Source of the DNA: Candidatus Saccharimonadota bacterium
Lineage (GTDB): Bacteria; Patescibacteriota; Saccharimonadia; Saccharimonadales; JAXHNE01
Length of the DNA: 64,000 bases
Reading direction: 5' to 3'
NCBI GenBank assembly: GCA_034520885.1
Contig: JAXHNE010000007.1
Coordinates: forward strand, 54,827 to 118,826
Made by a program: the position numbers and the translations under genes. Of the stretch, positions 11,370 to 20,540 are shown in pieces (within the stretch, counting starts at the first letter, position 1; every line of letters begins with the position of its first letter). Below the pieces are notes generated by a model, which had not been told where the DNA came from, did no database searches, and was given only the letters and a program-made list of their open reading frames with translations.

Positions 11370-12665
11370 ATGAGAGTAAATATTGTTCACCCCGGTGCCG
11401 GCGAGTTACGTTACGAAATAAGGAGTATCGTTAAATTTGCGAAACAATTGCAATCTACAGGGGTAGGTATTACGTGGGAAAACATTGGCGATCCGGTCGC
11501 CAAAGGCGAAGAAGTACCGCAGTGGATCCGCGATATCGTGTCTCGAAAAGTCCAGGACAGTAGTTCGTTCGGCTATTCACCGACGAAGGGATTGGATGAA
11601 GCGCGCGAGTATTTGGCTCGCGCCAGGAGCCAGGAGACAGGCAATGAACTTCTGGCGGAAAACATCATATTTTTTAATGGCCTGGGCGATGCGATAGGGA
11701 AAGTCTATACCTGGCTGAATCCGATTGCCCGCGTACTCGGGCCGAACCCGGCTTATCCAACTCACTCCTCCATTGAGGGTGCTCACGGCCGCTCTGAACA
11801 CCTGACCTATGAACTGGATCCCGACAACGGCTGGCTGCCGGACATGGAAGATATTCGTAACAAGGTCAAATACAACCCCAATATCGCGGCCTTGCTTTTG
11901 ATTAACCCTGATAATCCTACCGGAGTGGTCTACCCCCGGGAAATTTTGGAAGAGTTCGTAGCCATTGCCGAAGAATTCGATTTGTTCCTGATCGCCGATG
12001 AAATTTACGCCCATTTATCTTACGCCGCCGAACCATTTACCGCTATCGCTTCGGTGGCACACGAGGTGCCAATCATTGTGATGCGCGGACTTTCCAAGGA
12101 AGTGCCGTGGCCCGGAAGCCGGTGCGGGTGGCTGGAGTTTTATAACGTACACAAAGACAAAGCCTTTGAAACTTACGTGGAGTCCATTGAAGAAGCCAAA
12201 ATGACCGAAGTGTGTTCCACGACTCTCCCGCAAGCCGCTTTGCCGGACATTTTATCGGACGAACGCTATCAGCCGCACTTGGCCGCCCGCCGGGAAAAGT
12301 ACAAAAAACGCGCAGGGCAGCTTCGCGAAGCCTTCAAAGATAATGAAGCCATAAAAGTAATCGAACCCAAAGGGGCGTTCTACGCCGCACTGGAGCTAAA
12401 AGATTTGAAAACGCGTGACGTCCAAGCCGCCAACCCCGAAGCGCAAGAGTTGCTCGATGACATATTAAAAACCGTCCCCACGGAGGCGCACGACAAACGG
12501 TTTTGCTACCAATTGCTCGCGGCGACCGGTATTTGTGTCGTCCCCTTAAGCAGTGGATTCAACAGCTCTACCCAGGGCTTCCGCATGACACTACTGGAAG
12601 AGGATGATCACGTATTTGAGCAAACTCTCCACCGAATCGCGGAATTTACCGCAAAAAATAGCTAA
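11370..12665 (+). CDS. PLP-dependent aminotransferase, class I/II (alanine/aspartate aminotransferase-like)
   Basis: NPDNPTG and the SKEVPWPGSRCGW lysine motif. 431 aa. Confidence 0.85.
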   Translation: MRVNIVHPGAGELRYEIRSIVKFAKQLQSTGVGITWENIGDPVAKGEEVPQWIRDIVSRKVQDSSSFGYSPTKGLDEAREYLARARSQETGNELLAENIIFFNGLGDAIGKVYTWLNPIARVLGPNPAYPTHSSIEGAHGRSEHLTYELDPDNGWLPDMEDIRNKVKYNPNIAALLLINPDNPTGVVYPREILEEFVAIAEEFDLFLIADEIYAHLSYAAEPFTAIASVAHEVPIIVMRGLSKEVPWPGSRCGWLEFYNVHKDKAFETYVESIEEAKMTEVCSTTLPQAALPDILSDERYQPHLAARREKYKKRAGQLREAFKDNEAIKVIEPKGAFYAALELKDLKTRDVQAANPEAQELLDDILKTVPTEAHDKRFCYQLLAATGICVVPLSSGFNSSTQGFRMTLLEEDDHVFEQTLHRIAEFTAKNS

Positions 12666-13630
12666 CGAGTGTGCGTAAGGGACTTGTCCGGGTTAACAAA
12701 ATCTTTTCCATTGGCAAAAAAGATAAGCGCCCAACGGGCACAAATTTCCGTGGCTTTGGGTGAAAGTGTTCTCCCGGGATTGAGTTCATTGGTGCGAATA
12801 ATGTCGTGCCAAGCCGGTTGATACGGTGTGTCGGGGTCGACATCTTCAGCAATGCGGCGACCGGCAAAGAACGCGGCTTTGTCCGCACCGCGCGTAATTA
12901 GTTCCAGGTCGCTTGCTTTGTCTTTGGCGATTCGAAGCCCCTTGTGGCTTTCTGCAAGCTGCAGGGTGAGCGAGCTTTTATCGTAATGCCCGCTGCCGAT
13001 ACTTTCGCTTTGGCCGGGGTGATAAAACAGGAGGCGCACCGGACTGGTAGCCAAATCTTTCGGTGAAAAATAGTCACGTATTCCCGGATGTACTTCCTCA
13101 ATGTCGCGGGCAATCCGCAAAATAAGCTCTGAAGCTTTTTGGTGAATCGGGCGAAAACGGGTTTCCAGTGCCTCGACTTCCGGTGGAACCGGTCCCCATT
13201 CGTTCTCTTGGTGTCTACGACTGACATTTGCGAGCCAGTGCCGGGAATAATGGAAAAATTCTTTGGGATCGTCATCCAGGTGAAGCCCACGGGCACGCGC
13301 CAAAGCGGATACCTGAAAACTGCGGTTGGTGTAGCCGTCCGGCTTGCCGACGCCCTCCACGTTGGTCCGGTATTTGTGCCAATAACCTTCTTGGTCTTGG
13401 GAGCGATCAAGGTCGTCGAGTCGCTTATGAAATTCCTTGGAAGTTTCCGGGAGCATGGCTGACATGGTTTCCGGTGAGGGATCGGGAAAAGCCAAAGTAA
13501 AATCAGCGTAAGCATCAACCGCCGCATCAATGGTTTCGTCGGGAATGAGGTGCTCGAACTCCGCGTACCCTCGCTCTTCGATTTCATGCCGTAAGCCGAA
13601 ACCACCGAGCGTTTGTTGCTCCAGTGCCAT
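12662..13630 (-). CDS. 2-oxoglutarate/Fe(II)-dependent oxygenase superfamily protein
   Basis: HxD in GSGHYDKSSLTLQ, distal His in AWHDII, Arg in RWALIFF. Isopenicillin-N-synthase-like layout. Confidence 0.6.
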   Translation of the reverse strand: MALEQQTLGGFGLRHEIEERGYAEFEHLIPDETIDAAVDAYADFTLAFPDPSPETMSAMLPETSKEFHKRLDDLDRSQDQEGYWHKYRTNVEGVGKPDGYTNRSFQVSALARARGLHLDDDPKEFFHYSRHWLANVSRRHQENEWGPVPPEVEALETRFRPIHQKASELILRIARDIEEVHPGIRDYFSPKDLATSPVRLLFYHPGQSESIGSGHYDKSSLTLQLAESHKGLRIAKDKASDLELITRGADKAAFFAGRRIAEDVDPDTPYQPAWHDIIRTNELNPGRTLSPKATEICARWALIFFANGKDFVNPDKSLTHTR

Positions 13631-13746
13631 GTATACCCTCCTGGTTTGCTAAAAGTATAACATGTCATACATGCAGTGAAATTATTACCTAATTGAAACA
13701 CACCCAGGTTGTCAGTCACCGCTGTTTGCGGTAGCATTAAACCGAC

Positions 13747-16218
13747 ATGAGGCATTACGATCCGAAGGAAATTGAGACCAAGTGGCAGAAGGTTTGGGAA
13801 GAACAACAAACTTACAAGGCCGATCTGAACGGTAGCAAACCCAAATACTACGGGTTCGGTATGTTCAACTACCCCAGCGGCAACAGTATCCACTTGGGGC
13901 ATGCCAAGAATTTCACGATTCCCGATGTGCTGCTGCGTTTTAAACGGCAACAAGGATACGAAGCCTACTCGCCCGTGGGGTTTGACAGCTTTGGCCTGCC
14001 AGCGGAAAATTACGCCATTAAAACCGGCACCTCACCGCGTGAAACCACGGACGAAGCCATCGCCAGCTACCGGAAACAGTACCGGCGAATGGGATGGGGG
14101 ATGGACTGGTCCAAAGAAATCGACACCAGCAAACCGGAGTATTACCAGTGGACGCAGTGGTGCTTTTTGCAACTTTACAAAAACGATTTGGCTTATCAAA
14201 ACGAAAGCTTGCAGTGGTGGTGCGATCAGTGCAAAACCGTGTTGGCCGACGAACAGGTAACTGCCGGCAAATGTTGGCGCCACGACGGCGATGACGATCC
14301 ATTCGTGACCAAGAAGAGCTTACGGCAATGGTTTTTTAAAATTACCGATTACGCCGATGAAATACTGGAAGCTACTGATGGCTTGGACTGGACGCCGTGG
14401 GTCAAGACCGCACAAAAGAATTGGATAGGCCGCAGCGAAGGCACGGTCATTGATTTCCCGTTGGAAGGCTTGGGTACGGACGGACAAAACCTGGACGTCT
14501 TTACCACGGCGGTGGAAACGATTTTTGGCGTAACTTTCATGGTATTGGCGCCGGAACATCCGATTGTCACCAACTTTGCCCAGCACGCCGATAACGCCCA
14601 GGAAATCGACGAATACGTACAGCACGCCTTGCGTAAAAGCGAACTGGATCGTGAAAAAGAACGGGTTAAAACCGGCGTACCGATTAAGGGCTTAACGGCC
14701 ACTAATCCGGCTAACGGGCAAAAAATTCCGGTATGGATAGCGGATTACGTATTAATGGGTTATGGATCGGGCGCCATCATGGCGGTCCCGGGGCAGGATG
14801 AGCGGGATTTCGCGTTCGCGGAAAAATACGAGTTGCCGATCGTCTACACCACTGACAAAGGCGAATTTGTGAACTACGCCGAAGAGATAAAACCCGAACC
14901 GCGGAAGTATAAAATGGCCAACTCAGGCGAGTTTGACGGCCAGGATCTCAAAACCGCCCGGGGAAACATCACGAAAAAACTGGTCAACGAATCCCGAGCG
15001 GAAGAAAAAGTGCAGTATAAAATGCGGGACTGGCTGATTAGCCGCCAGCGTTATTGGGGCGCGCCAATTCCCATTATTCACTGCGAAACTTGCGGTGTCG
15101 TGCCGGTTCCGGAGGAAGAGCTTCCCGTTAAATTGCCGGAAATTGACGATTACCACCCGAGCGGTACCGGGGAAAGTCCATTAGCTAAGGCGCGCGAATG
15201 GGTGAATGTCGCATGCCCTGAGTGTGGCAAGCAAGCCCGCAGAGAAACTGACACCATGGACGGTTATGTGTGTTCCAGCTGGTACCAGCTGCGTTATTTG
15301 TCACCGAAAGATAACCAAAAAGCCTGGAATCCGGAGTTGGCTCAAAAATGGCTGCCGGTGGACTTTTATAACGGGGGAGATCACGCCACGGCACACCTGC
15401 TTTACGCGCGGTTTTTTACCCGGTTTTTCCATAAGCTAGGTTTGACCGGCACCCCGGAACCTTTCGAACGGATGTATTTCCACGCAAAAATTTTGGCCGA
15501 AGACGGCAGTTTCTTTAGCAAAAGTAAAGGCAACGGCATTGATCCGTTGGAGGTAATTGATAGCGGCTACGGGGCGGACGCGCTCAGGACGTACATTTTG
15601 TTTTTGGCGCCGCCGGACGTGGAATCGCCGTGGAATAGCCAGGGATTACCAAGCTGTTACCGCTTTTTGAATCGGCTCTGGACGCTCACCCAAGAGTTTT
15701 TGAACGGCGAAGCACAGCAGGGTGAGACGTCCGAAGATTTGGCCAGGGCGACCCATCAGGTAATCAAGAAAGTCACCGAAGACATCGAAGCGATTAAGTA
15801 CAACACGGCCATCGCCGGGATGATGGAATGCATTAATGCCTTGTATAAGCTTAAAGATAGTAACGGATTCGTTGATCAGGCGGGATGGCGATTCGCGCTG
15901 GAATCACTAACGCAATTAGTCGCGCCGTTCGCGCCACATATCGCATCGGAGTTATGGGAGCAATTAGGGCATGAAGACAGCGTGCACATTGATCATTGGC
16001 CTTCGTGGGACGAAAGCAAGCTCGTACAAAGTGAAATTACCGTGGTCGTGCAGGTGAATGGCAAGGTGCGAGCGAACGTTAACGTCGCGGCGGACGCGGA
16101 CAAGCAAACGGTGCTGGATGCGGCCAAAGCGGAAGACAACGTCCAAAGCCATCTGGGTGATAACGAGATTAAAAAAGAGATTTACGTTCCCGGAAAACTC
16201 GTTAACTTCGTAATTTAG
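13747..16218 (+). CDS. leuS: leucine--tRNA ligase
   Basis: 823 aa, HIGH-type motif (SIHLGHAKN), KMSKS-type (FSKSKGNG), CP1 editing insertion. Confidence 0.95.
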   Translation: MRHYDPKEIETKWQKVWEEQQTYKADLNGSKPKYYGFGMFNYPSGNSIHLGHAKNFTIPDVLLRFKRQQGYEAYSPVGFDSFGLPAENYAIKTGTSPRETTDEAIASYRKQYRRMGWGMDWSKEIDTSKPEYYQWTQWCFLQLYKNDLAYQNESLQWWCDQCKTVLADEQVTAGKCWRHDGDDDPFVTKKSLRQWFFKITDYADEILEATDGLDWTPWVKTAQKNWIGRSEGTVIDFPLEGLGTDGQNLDVFTTAVETIFGVTFMVLAPEHPIVTNFAQHADNAQEIDEYVQHALRKSELDREKERVKTGVPIKGLTATNPANGQKIPVWIADYVLMGYGSGAIMAVPGQDERDFAFAEKYELPIVYTTDKGEFVNYAEEIKPEPRKYKMANSGEFDGQDLKTARGNITKKLVNESRAEEKVQYKMRDWLISRQRYWGAPIPIIHCETCGVVPVPEEELPVKLPEIDDYHPSGTGESPLAKAREWVNVACPECGKQARRETDTMDGYVCSSWYQLRYLSPKDNQKAWNPELAQKWLPVDFYNGGDHATAHLLYARFFTRFFHKLGLTGTPEPFERMYFHAKILAEDGSFFSKSKGNGIDPLEVIDSGYGADALRTYILFLAPPDVESPWNSQGLPSCYRFLNRLWTLTQEFLNGEAQQGETSEDLARATHQVIKKVTEDIEAIKYNTAIAGMMECINALYKLKDSNGFVDQAGWRFALESLTQLVAPFAPHIASELWEQLGHEDSVHIDHWPSWDESKLVQSEITVVVQVNGKVRANVNVAADADKQTVLDAAKAEDNVQSHLGDNEIKKEIYVPGKLVNFVI

Positions 16219-16308
16219 GCGAGGTTTAAAAGGTCGTCTTTAACGTCACCCACCTTGTTTTATGAATGTATGCCGTAACATATAATTATTTTTGTCAACA
16301 TACTTTAC

Positions 16309-16340
16309 TTGCAAAATTGTCTCTGTTAGCGTAATATAAT
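16309..16340 (+). promoter_or_regulatory. sigma70-like promoter candidate for rpmF
   Basis: TTGCAA (16309-16314), 17 nt spacer, TAATAT (16332-16337) overlapping TATAAT (16335-16340). Confidence 0.4.
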
Positions 16341-16373
16341 CTAAAGTTTTCAGTAGCTAAGAAAGGAATTGAA

Positions 16374-16538
16374 GTGGGAAAGCCCAAGAAGCGAACGTCA
16401 TCGCGTAAGACCGGTATGCGGCGCAGCCATCACGCCATTAAATTGGCGCGGGCCGTGAACGCCACATCACCAGTAAAAGCCAAAACGACCAAGAAGGAAA
16501 CGGGAAAAGCGGCCAAGGACGCGGCAACCAGTAACTAG
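16374..16538 (+). CDS. rpmF: 50S ribosomal protein bL32 (Cys-free form), absent from the ORF track (54 aa, GTG start)
   Basis: VGKPKKRTSSRKTGMRRSHHAIKL matches the L32 N-terminal signature (PKKRTSxxxxxxRRSH). GAAAGGA RBS 5 nt upstream. Confidence 0.8.
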   Translation: MGKPKKRTSSRKTGMRRSHHAIKLARAVNATSPVKAKTTKKETGKAAKDAATSN

Positions 16539-16680
16539 TAATTAGAAACCAATAGGCTGCTACAATGCGTAGCAGAGCTAACATTAACATCATGACACAG
16601 CGATCTAACAAACAGTCTATAGATATCGAGCTAATTTCTAGTTTCTATTTGTTAATTCCAATAAAGCTGAGCTTTGCCCT

Positions 16681-17232
16681 ATGAGCGCTAACAGACACCT
16701 TGGTCGTATTATTGTGTTGCAGACTCTGTATGAGCAAGAGTTTCGCTTGGCGTCGGAAGATACCGCCTTTTCGTTGGAGGGGGTGCTCAAGCGCAATATC
16801 GGACGCTACAACACCCTGATTGACGACGTGGCATTCGTGAAAAACTTGGTACACGGCGTACTGGATAAGCAATCCGAGTTGGATGAAAAGTTACAGCCTA
16901 TCGCCCCCGAATGGCCTTTGGAGCATATTGCGCGCATGGATCGTCTAGTGTTGCGTATCGGTGCTTATGAGTTACTGTATCAGAAAGATACGCCGCCAAA
17001 AGTGGTGATCAACGAAGCCGTGGAACTGGCCAAAGCCTTTGGCGGAGATAATTCCAGTAAATTCATTAACGGTGTATTGGGAACGTTGTATCGCCAAGAA
17101 TCGAAAGAAGAGGCGGGAAAAACCAAAGAAAAGGCCGACGAGCCCAAAAAATCCACGCCAAAAGTCGATAAAAAATCGACCACGAAAACGACCAAGAAAT
17201 CCAAGAAGAGCAAAGAAGAGAAGTCACAATGA
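16681..17232 (+). CDS. nusB: transcription antitermination factor NusB with Lys-rich C-terminal tail
   Basis: [13 protein letters not shown]...[27 protein letters not shown] core. The last 45 aa or so are KKST/KKSK low complexity. Confidence 0.85.
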   Translation: MSANRHLGRIIVLQTLYEQEFRLASEDTAFSLEGVLKRNIGRYNTLIDDVAFVKNLVHGVLDKQSELDEKLQPIAPEWPLEHIARMDRLVLRIGAYELLYQKDTPPKVVINEAVELAKAFGGDNSSKFINGVLGTLYRQESKEEAGKTKEKADEPKKSTPKVDKKSTTKTTKKSKKSKEEKSQ

Positions 17233-17726
17233 AGCGACCCAAACCCATAAGCAATTTTCGGAAATTCGTACATAAACGGCGTCCGGCCATTAATGAAGTG
17301 GTACGTGAACCAACGGCCGGTGGTATTATTTTTCGCCGTAATAAAAACGGACAACTGGAAATTTTACTGATTCAGGACGCAAAAAATCGCTGGACGATCC
17401 CGAAAGGACATATCGAGGAAGGCGAAACCGCCAAACAGGCCGCGAGACGCGAAATCAGTGAAGAAACGGGGCTAAAAGGCCTGGAAATGCATAGTTGGTT
17501 GGGGAAGATTAATTTTCGGTATCGCCGGGCGACCAGCTTGGTACTCATGACCACCGAAATATTTTTGGTACGGGCGACCGGTGACACCGACGCCTTGCGG
17601 CCTGAAGAGTGGATGAACGGTATTAAGTGGTTTTCCGCGAATGACGCGCTGGACAGGATTGAATACGACGACATTGGGAAGCTCATGCTTTTGGCGCTGA
17701 AAAATATCCGGAGTAAAAAGCTGTAA
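17229..17726 (+). CDS. NUDIX hydrolase
   Basis: Nudix box [22 protein letters not shown]. Confidence 0.8.
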   Translation: MKRPKPISNFRKFVHKRRPAINEVVREPTAGGIIFRRNKNGQLEILLIQDAKNRWTIPKGHIEEGETAKQAARREISEETGLKGLEMHSWLGKINFRYRRATSLVLMTTEIFLVRATGDTDALRPEEWMNGIKWFSANDALDRIEYDDIGKLMLLALKNIRSKKL

Positions 17727-18421
17727 TGGACGTGCAAAAATACGCTGTTTTCGCCAAGGAAAAGCTCGGATATGAATTCACGGATATCCAGCATTTAATC
17801 ACCGCCTTTACCCACCGTTCGTATGTGAACGAACATCGCAAAACCGCCAAGGAGCATAACGAACGCCTGGAGTTTTTGGGTGACGCGGTGCTGGAGTTAG
17901 TAGTCACCGAGTTTTTGTACCAAAATTATCAAGACCCCGAAGGAACGCTTACTAACTGGCGAAGTAGCTTGGTGCGCACCGAAAGCATCAGTGACGCCGC
18001 GGCACGCTTTGATTTCGAGCCCTTACTGCGTTTGAGCCGAGGAGAACGCCGAGGAACGGATCGCGCCCGGGCGCAAATTTTGGCCAATACCTACGAGGCG
18101 GTCGTTGGGGCGCTGTATCTCGACCAGGGGTACGATGCCGCCAAGGATTTCATTAACCGCTCTTTGCTGGTAACTTTCGAGGAGATTTTAAAAACCGGTG
18201 CCTGGATGGATCCCAAATCCAATTTACAGGAGTTAGTACAGCAAGAAGACGGCTACACTCCATCTTATAAAGTACTGGAAGAGGACGGGCCTGATCACGA
18301 CAAAACGTTCACCGTGGGTGTGTTCGTTGGCGGAAAATTGAAAGGCAAAGGCCAGGGGCCGAGTAAGCAAGCCGGACAGGTCGCCGCCGCCGAAACCGCC
18401 CTTCAAAAATATCAATCTTAA
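17726..18421 (+). CDS. rnc: ribonuclease III
   Basis: ERLEFLGDAVLELVV signature plus a C-terminal dsRBD. Confidence 0.9.
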   Translation: MDVQKYAVFAKEKLGYEFTDIQHLITAFTHRSYVNEHRKTAKEHNERLEFLGDAVLELVVTEFLYQNYQDPEGTLTNWRSSLVRTESISDAAARFDFEPLLRLSRGERRGTDRARAQILANTYEAVVGALYLDQGYDAAKDFINRSLLVTFEEILKTGAWMDPKSNLQELVQQEDGYTPSYKVLEEDGPDHDKTFTVGVFVGGKLKGKGQGPSKQAGQVAAAETALQKYQS

Positions 18422-18478
18422 CGATGATAAGCCGATGATATACGCTTTCGCGTATGGTCTCGGGGATCTACTACTGGG

Positions 18479-18507
18479 TTGACAACTGAGGTCGTTCTCT
18501 GTAGAAT
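18479..18507 (+). promoter_or_regulatory. sigma70-like promoter candidate for the rpsP operon
   Basis: TTGACA (18479-18484), 17 nt spacer, TAGAAT (18502-18507), about 50 nt upstream of the rpsP GTG. Confidence 0.5.
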
Positions 18508-18558
18508 ACAGCGGATTGCCTTATTAATCTTATAAGTGAAGAAAGTGAGAAATATTAC

Positions 18559-19077
18559 GTGCTAGCAATTCGCCTGCAAAGAACCGGTCGTAAAGGCCAT
18601 GCCCAATTTAGAATGATCGTGCAAGAAGCCCGGCGTTCACCGAGTAGCGGACGCGTAGTTGAGATTTTGGGCAACTACGATCCGCACAGCAAAGCGCTCA
18701 ACATTGACAAGGAAAAGGCCAAGACTTTTCTTGATAATGGCGCGAAACCTTCCGACCGAGTAGCCCGTATCTTAAAAACCGAAGGCGTGAAATTGCCGTC
18801 ATGGGTAAAAATCGTTGATCATTTGGATAAGAAGACCAAAAACCCTGAAAAACTGCGCAAAAATCAACCGAAAGAAGAAGCTCCGGCCGAAGCCGAAGCG
18901 GCGAAAGTCGAAGATGCCAGCCAGGAAGTAGCCGAAGAAGCGGCTACGTCCGGGGAAGTCGAAGAAACGCCCGCCGAAGCGGAAGAATCAACACCGGAAG
19001 AATCTTCGGAAGAAAACGACACGTCGGACGAAGCCAAAGAGCCTAACGCCGCCACCGAAGAAACCGATAAAAACTAA
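18559..19077 (+). CDS. rpsP: 30S ribosomal protein bS16 with long acidic/Ala-rich C-terminal extension
   Basis: MLAIRLQRTGRKGHAQFRMIVQEARRSPSSGRVVEILGNYDPH. The tail of about 80 aa is rich in E, A and S. Confidence 0.9.
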   Translation: MLAIRLQRTGRKGHAQFRMIVQEARRSPSSGRVVEILGNYDPHSKALNIDKEKAKTFLDNGAKPSDRVARILKTEGVKLPSWVKIVDHLDKKTKNPEKLRKNQPKEEAPAEAEAAKVEDASQEVAEEAATSGEVEETPAEAEESTPEESSEENDTSDEAKEPNAATEETDKN

Positions 19078-19169
19078 AAAAGCGCGCTCACCCGTAATAA
19101 GAACGTAAGCTACGGTTGCCGTAATTTGTTATACTGTGGAAGTAACCGAAATAATGAGGAGGAGTCCGT

Positions 19170-19655
19170 ATGGCCACCAGCATCGATCAGCAATTCATAG
19201 AATTTATCGTAAAGTCTCTTGTTGGAAAACCCGATAGCGTTGAAATAAAGCGTACGATTGACGAAAAAGGCGTACTTTTGGAGCTTACCGTCGACCCCGA
19301 AGACCTTGGTCGTGTGATTGGAAAGCGCGGCGCCACCGCACAAAGCTTGCGTACTCTTTTGCGAGCGTTGGGAACAAAAAATGATGCACGCTATAATTTG
19401 AAAATCGTGGATAACGGCGAAGAACGCCCGGTCCGCAAGGAGACCCCGGAAGATGATCAAGCTTCCGATAAAGACGAACCGCGGGAAACGAAAGAAACGG
19501 AGTCGGAATCGGAAGCTACGGAATCCGAAGATTTTGAAGAAGCCGAATCAACGGGTGACAACGACACCTCGGAAACTCCGGAAGATGAAGACGAAAATAG
19601 CTCCGCTGCCAGAACCCGTAAGGAACTGGCCGATCTTGACGACCTGGACATTTAA
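19170..19655 (+). CDS. KH-domain RNA-binding protein (KhpA/YlqC-like) with long acidic tail
   Basis: VGKPDSVEIKRTIDEKGVLLELTVDPEDLGRVIGKRGATAQSLRTLL. It sits in the usual position after rpsP. Confidence 0.8.
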   Translation: MATSIDQQFIEFIVKSLVGKPDSVEIKRTIDEKGVLLELTVDPEDLGRVIGKRGATAQSLRTLLRALGTKNDARYNLKIVDNGEERPVRKETPEDDQASDKDEPRETKETESESEATESEDFEEAESTGDNDTSETPEDEDENSSAARTRKELADLDDLDI

Positions 19656-19811
19656 GAGCTTGCCCCGTAGTAGATTTTTCACTAACTTCACCTCTGTAGA
19701 GGTAGAAGTTTTTTGGAGAAACTGCGAAAAACTCACTACAGGGCTTGATGATTTAGGTAATTTATATATAATGGCATCTGTACTTTTCGGTCGCGTCCAT
19801 CGACAACAAAA

Positions 19812-19882
19812 ACCCCGCACAACACTTCACTCTTTCGCGTAATCTGAGTACGGATTACTTAGAAGAGGAAATGAAGCGGGGT
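19812..19882. other. 71-nt imperfect long hairpin (four stacked helices) in a non-coding gap
   Basis: ACCCCG/CGGGGT, CTTCA/TGAAG, CTCTT/AAGAG and GTAATC/GATTAC are nested around the loop TGAGTACG. Confidence 0.3.
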
Positions 19883-19946
19883 AAAACAAAAAGTTAAAGC
19901 TCATTGCGAGCCAATTGCCAAACTGGCGATTGGGAGCTTTATGTGA

Positions 19947-19976
19947 TAAAAAGACCCGGAGTAATCCGGGTCTTTT
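19947..19976. terminator. bidirectional rho-independent terminator
   Basis: aaaaagacccgga-gtaa-tccgggtcttttt: GC-rich 9-bp stem with an A-run on the 5' side and a T-run on the 3' side. Confidence 0.75.
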
Positions 19977-19999
19977 TATATTGCGGAAATTGACTTTAA

Positions 20000-20456
20000 T
20001 TATTCCTGAGTAGACTTAATTTGATCACCAACAACAACACTATTTATCTCGTTAGCACCACTAATTCTTATAGTTGCGTTGCTTGTTGTCTCATTGATTG
20101 CTGTAGAGCTATTAAGATCTGTACTATATCCCATACTACCACTGATGTTTCGGACTTCGAGGGCTATTGTTTCGTCACCATTCTCTGGTTCAATAACTGT
20201 AGTACTATCGCCTTCTACTAAGTTTAGTGAGGCGGGCGCGCTCCCCTCGCCAAGTCGGACCTGTACTGAGTTGCCGGTGTCGACTGCCGGAACGCCAGCG
20301 TTTATCGGTGATTATCTACGCCACCGCCCTCACAGTCGACTGCGTAAGTAAAAGTTTCAGTTACTGAATCGCCAGCGCATCCGGCGAGACTCAATCCTCC
20401 TACACTAGTGTTGTCCCTAAAGCAATCTTCCTTCCAAACGTTAATTTTTCTGACAT
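20000..20456 (-). pseudogene. lipoprotein gene broken by two frame changes
   Basis: Minus strand reads MSEKLTFGRKIALGTTLV|GGLSLAGCAGDSVTETFTYAVDCEGGG...|...PAVDTGNSVQVRLGEG...GDQIKSTQE* across three frames. Lipobox LSLAGC. AT-rich. Length 457 nt is not a multiple of 3. Confidence 0.5.
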
Positions 20457-20540
20457 GTCTTCTCCTGCGTTAATTAAAAAGTTAATATATTTATAGCATT
20501 CATTGATTAATTCGTCAATACTTGCTAAAGTGCAAACATA

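Noticed and set aside
12898-13953. 351-aa minus-strand ORF spanning the 2OG-oxygenase gene and the leuS start
   Set aside because: It overlaps two genes with clear family signatures in other frames, and its product has no coherent domain or hydrophobicity pattern.
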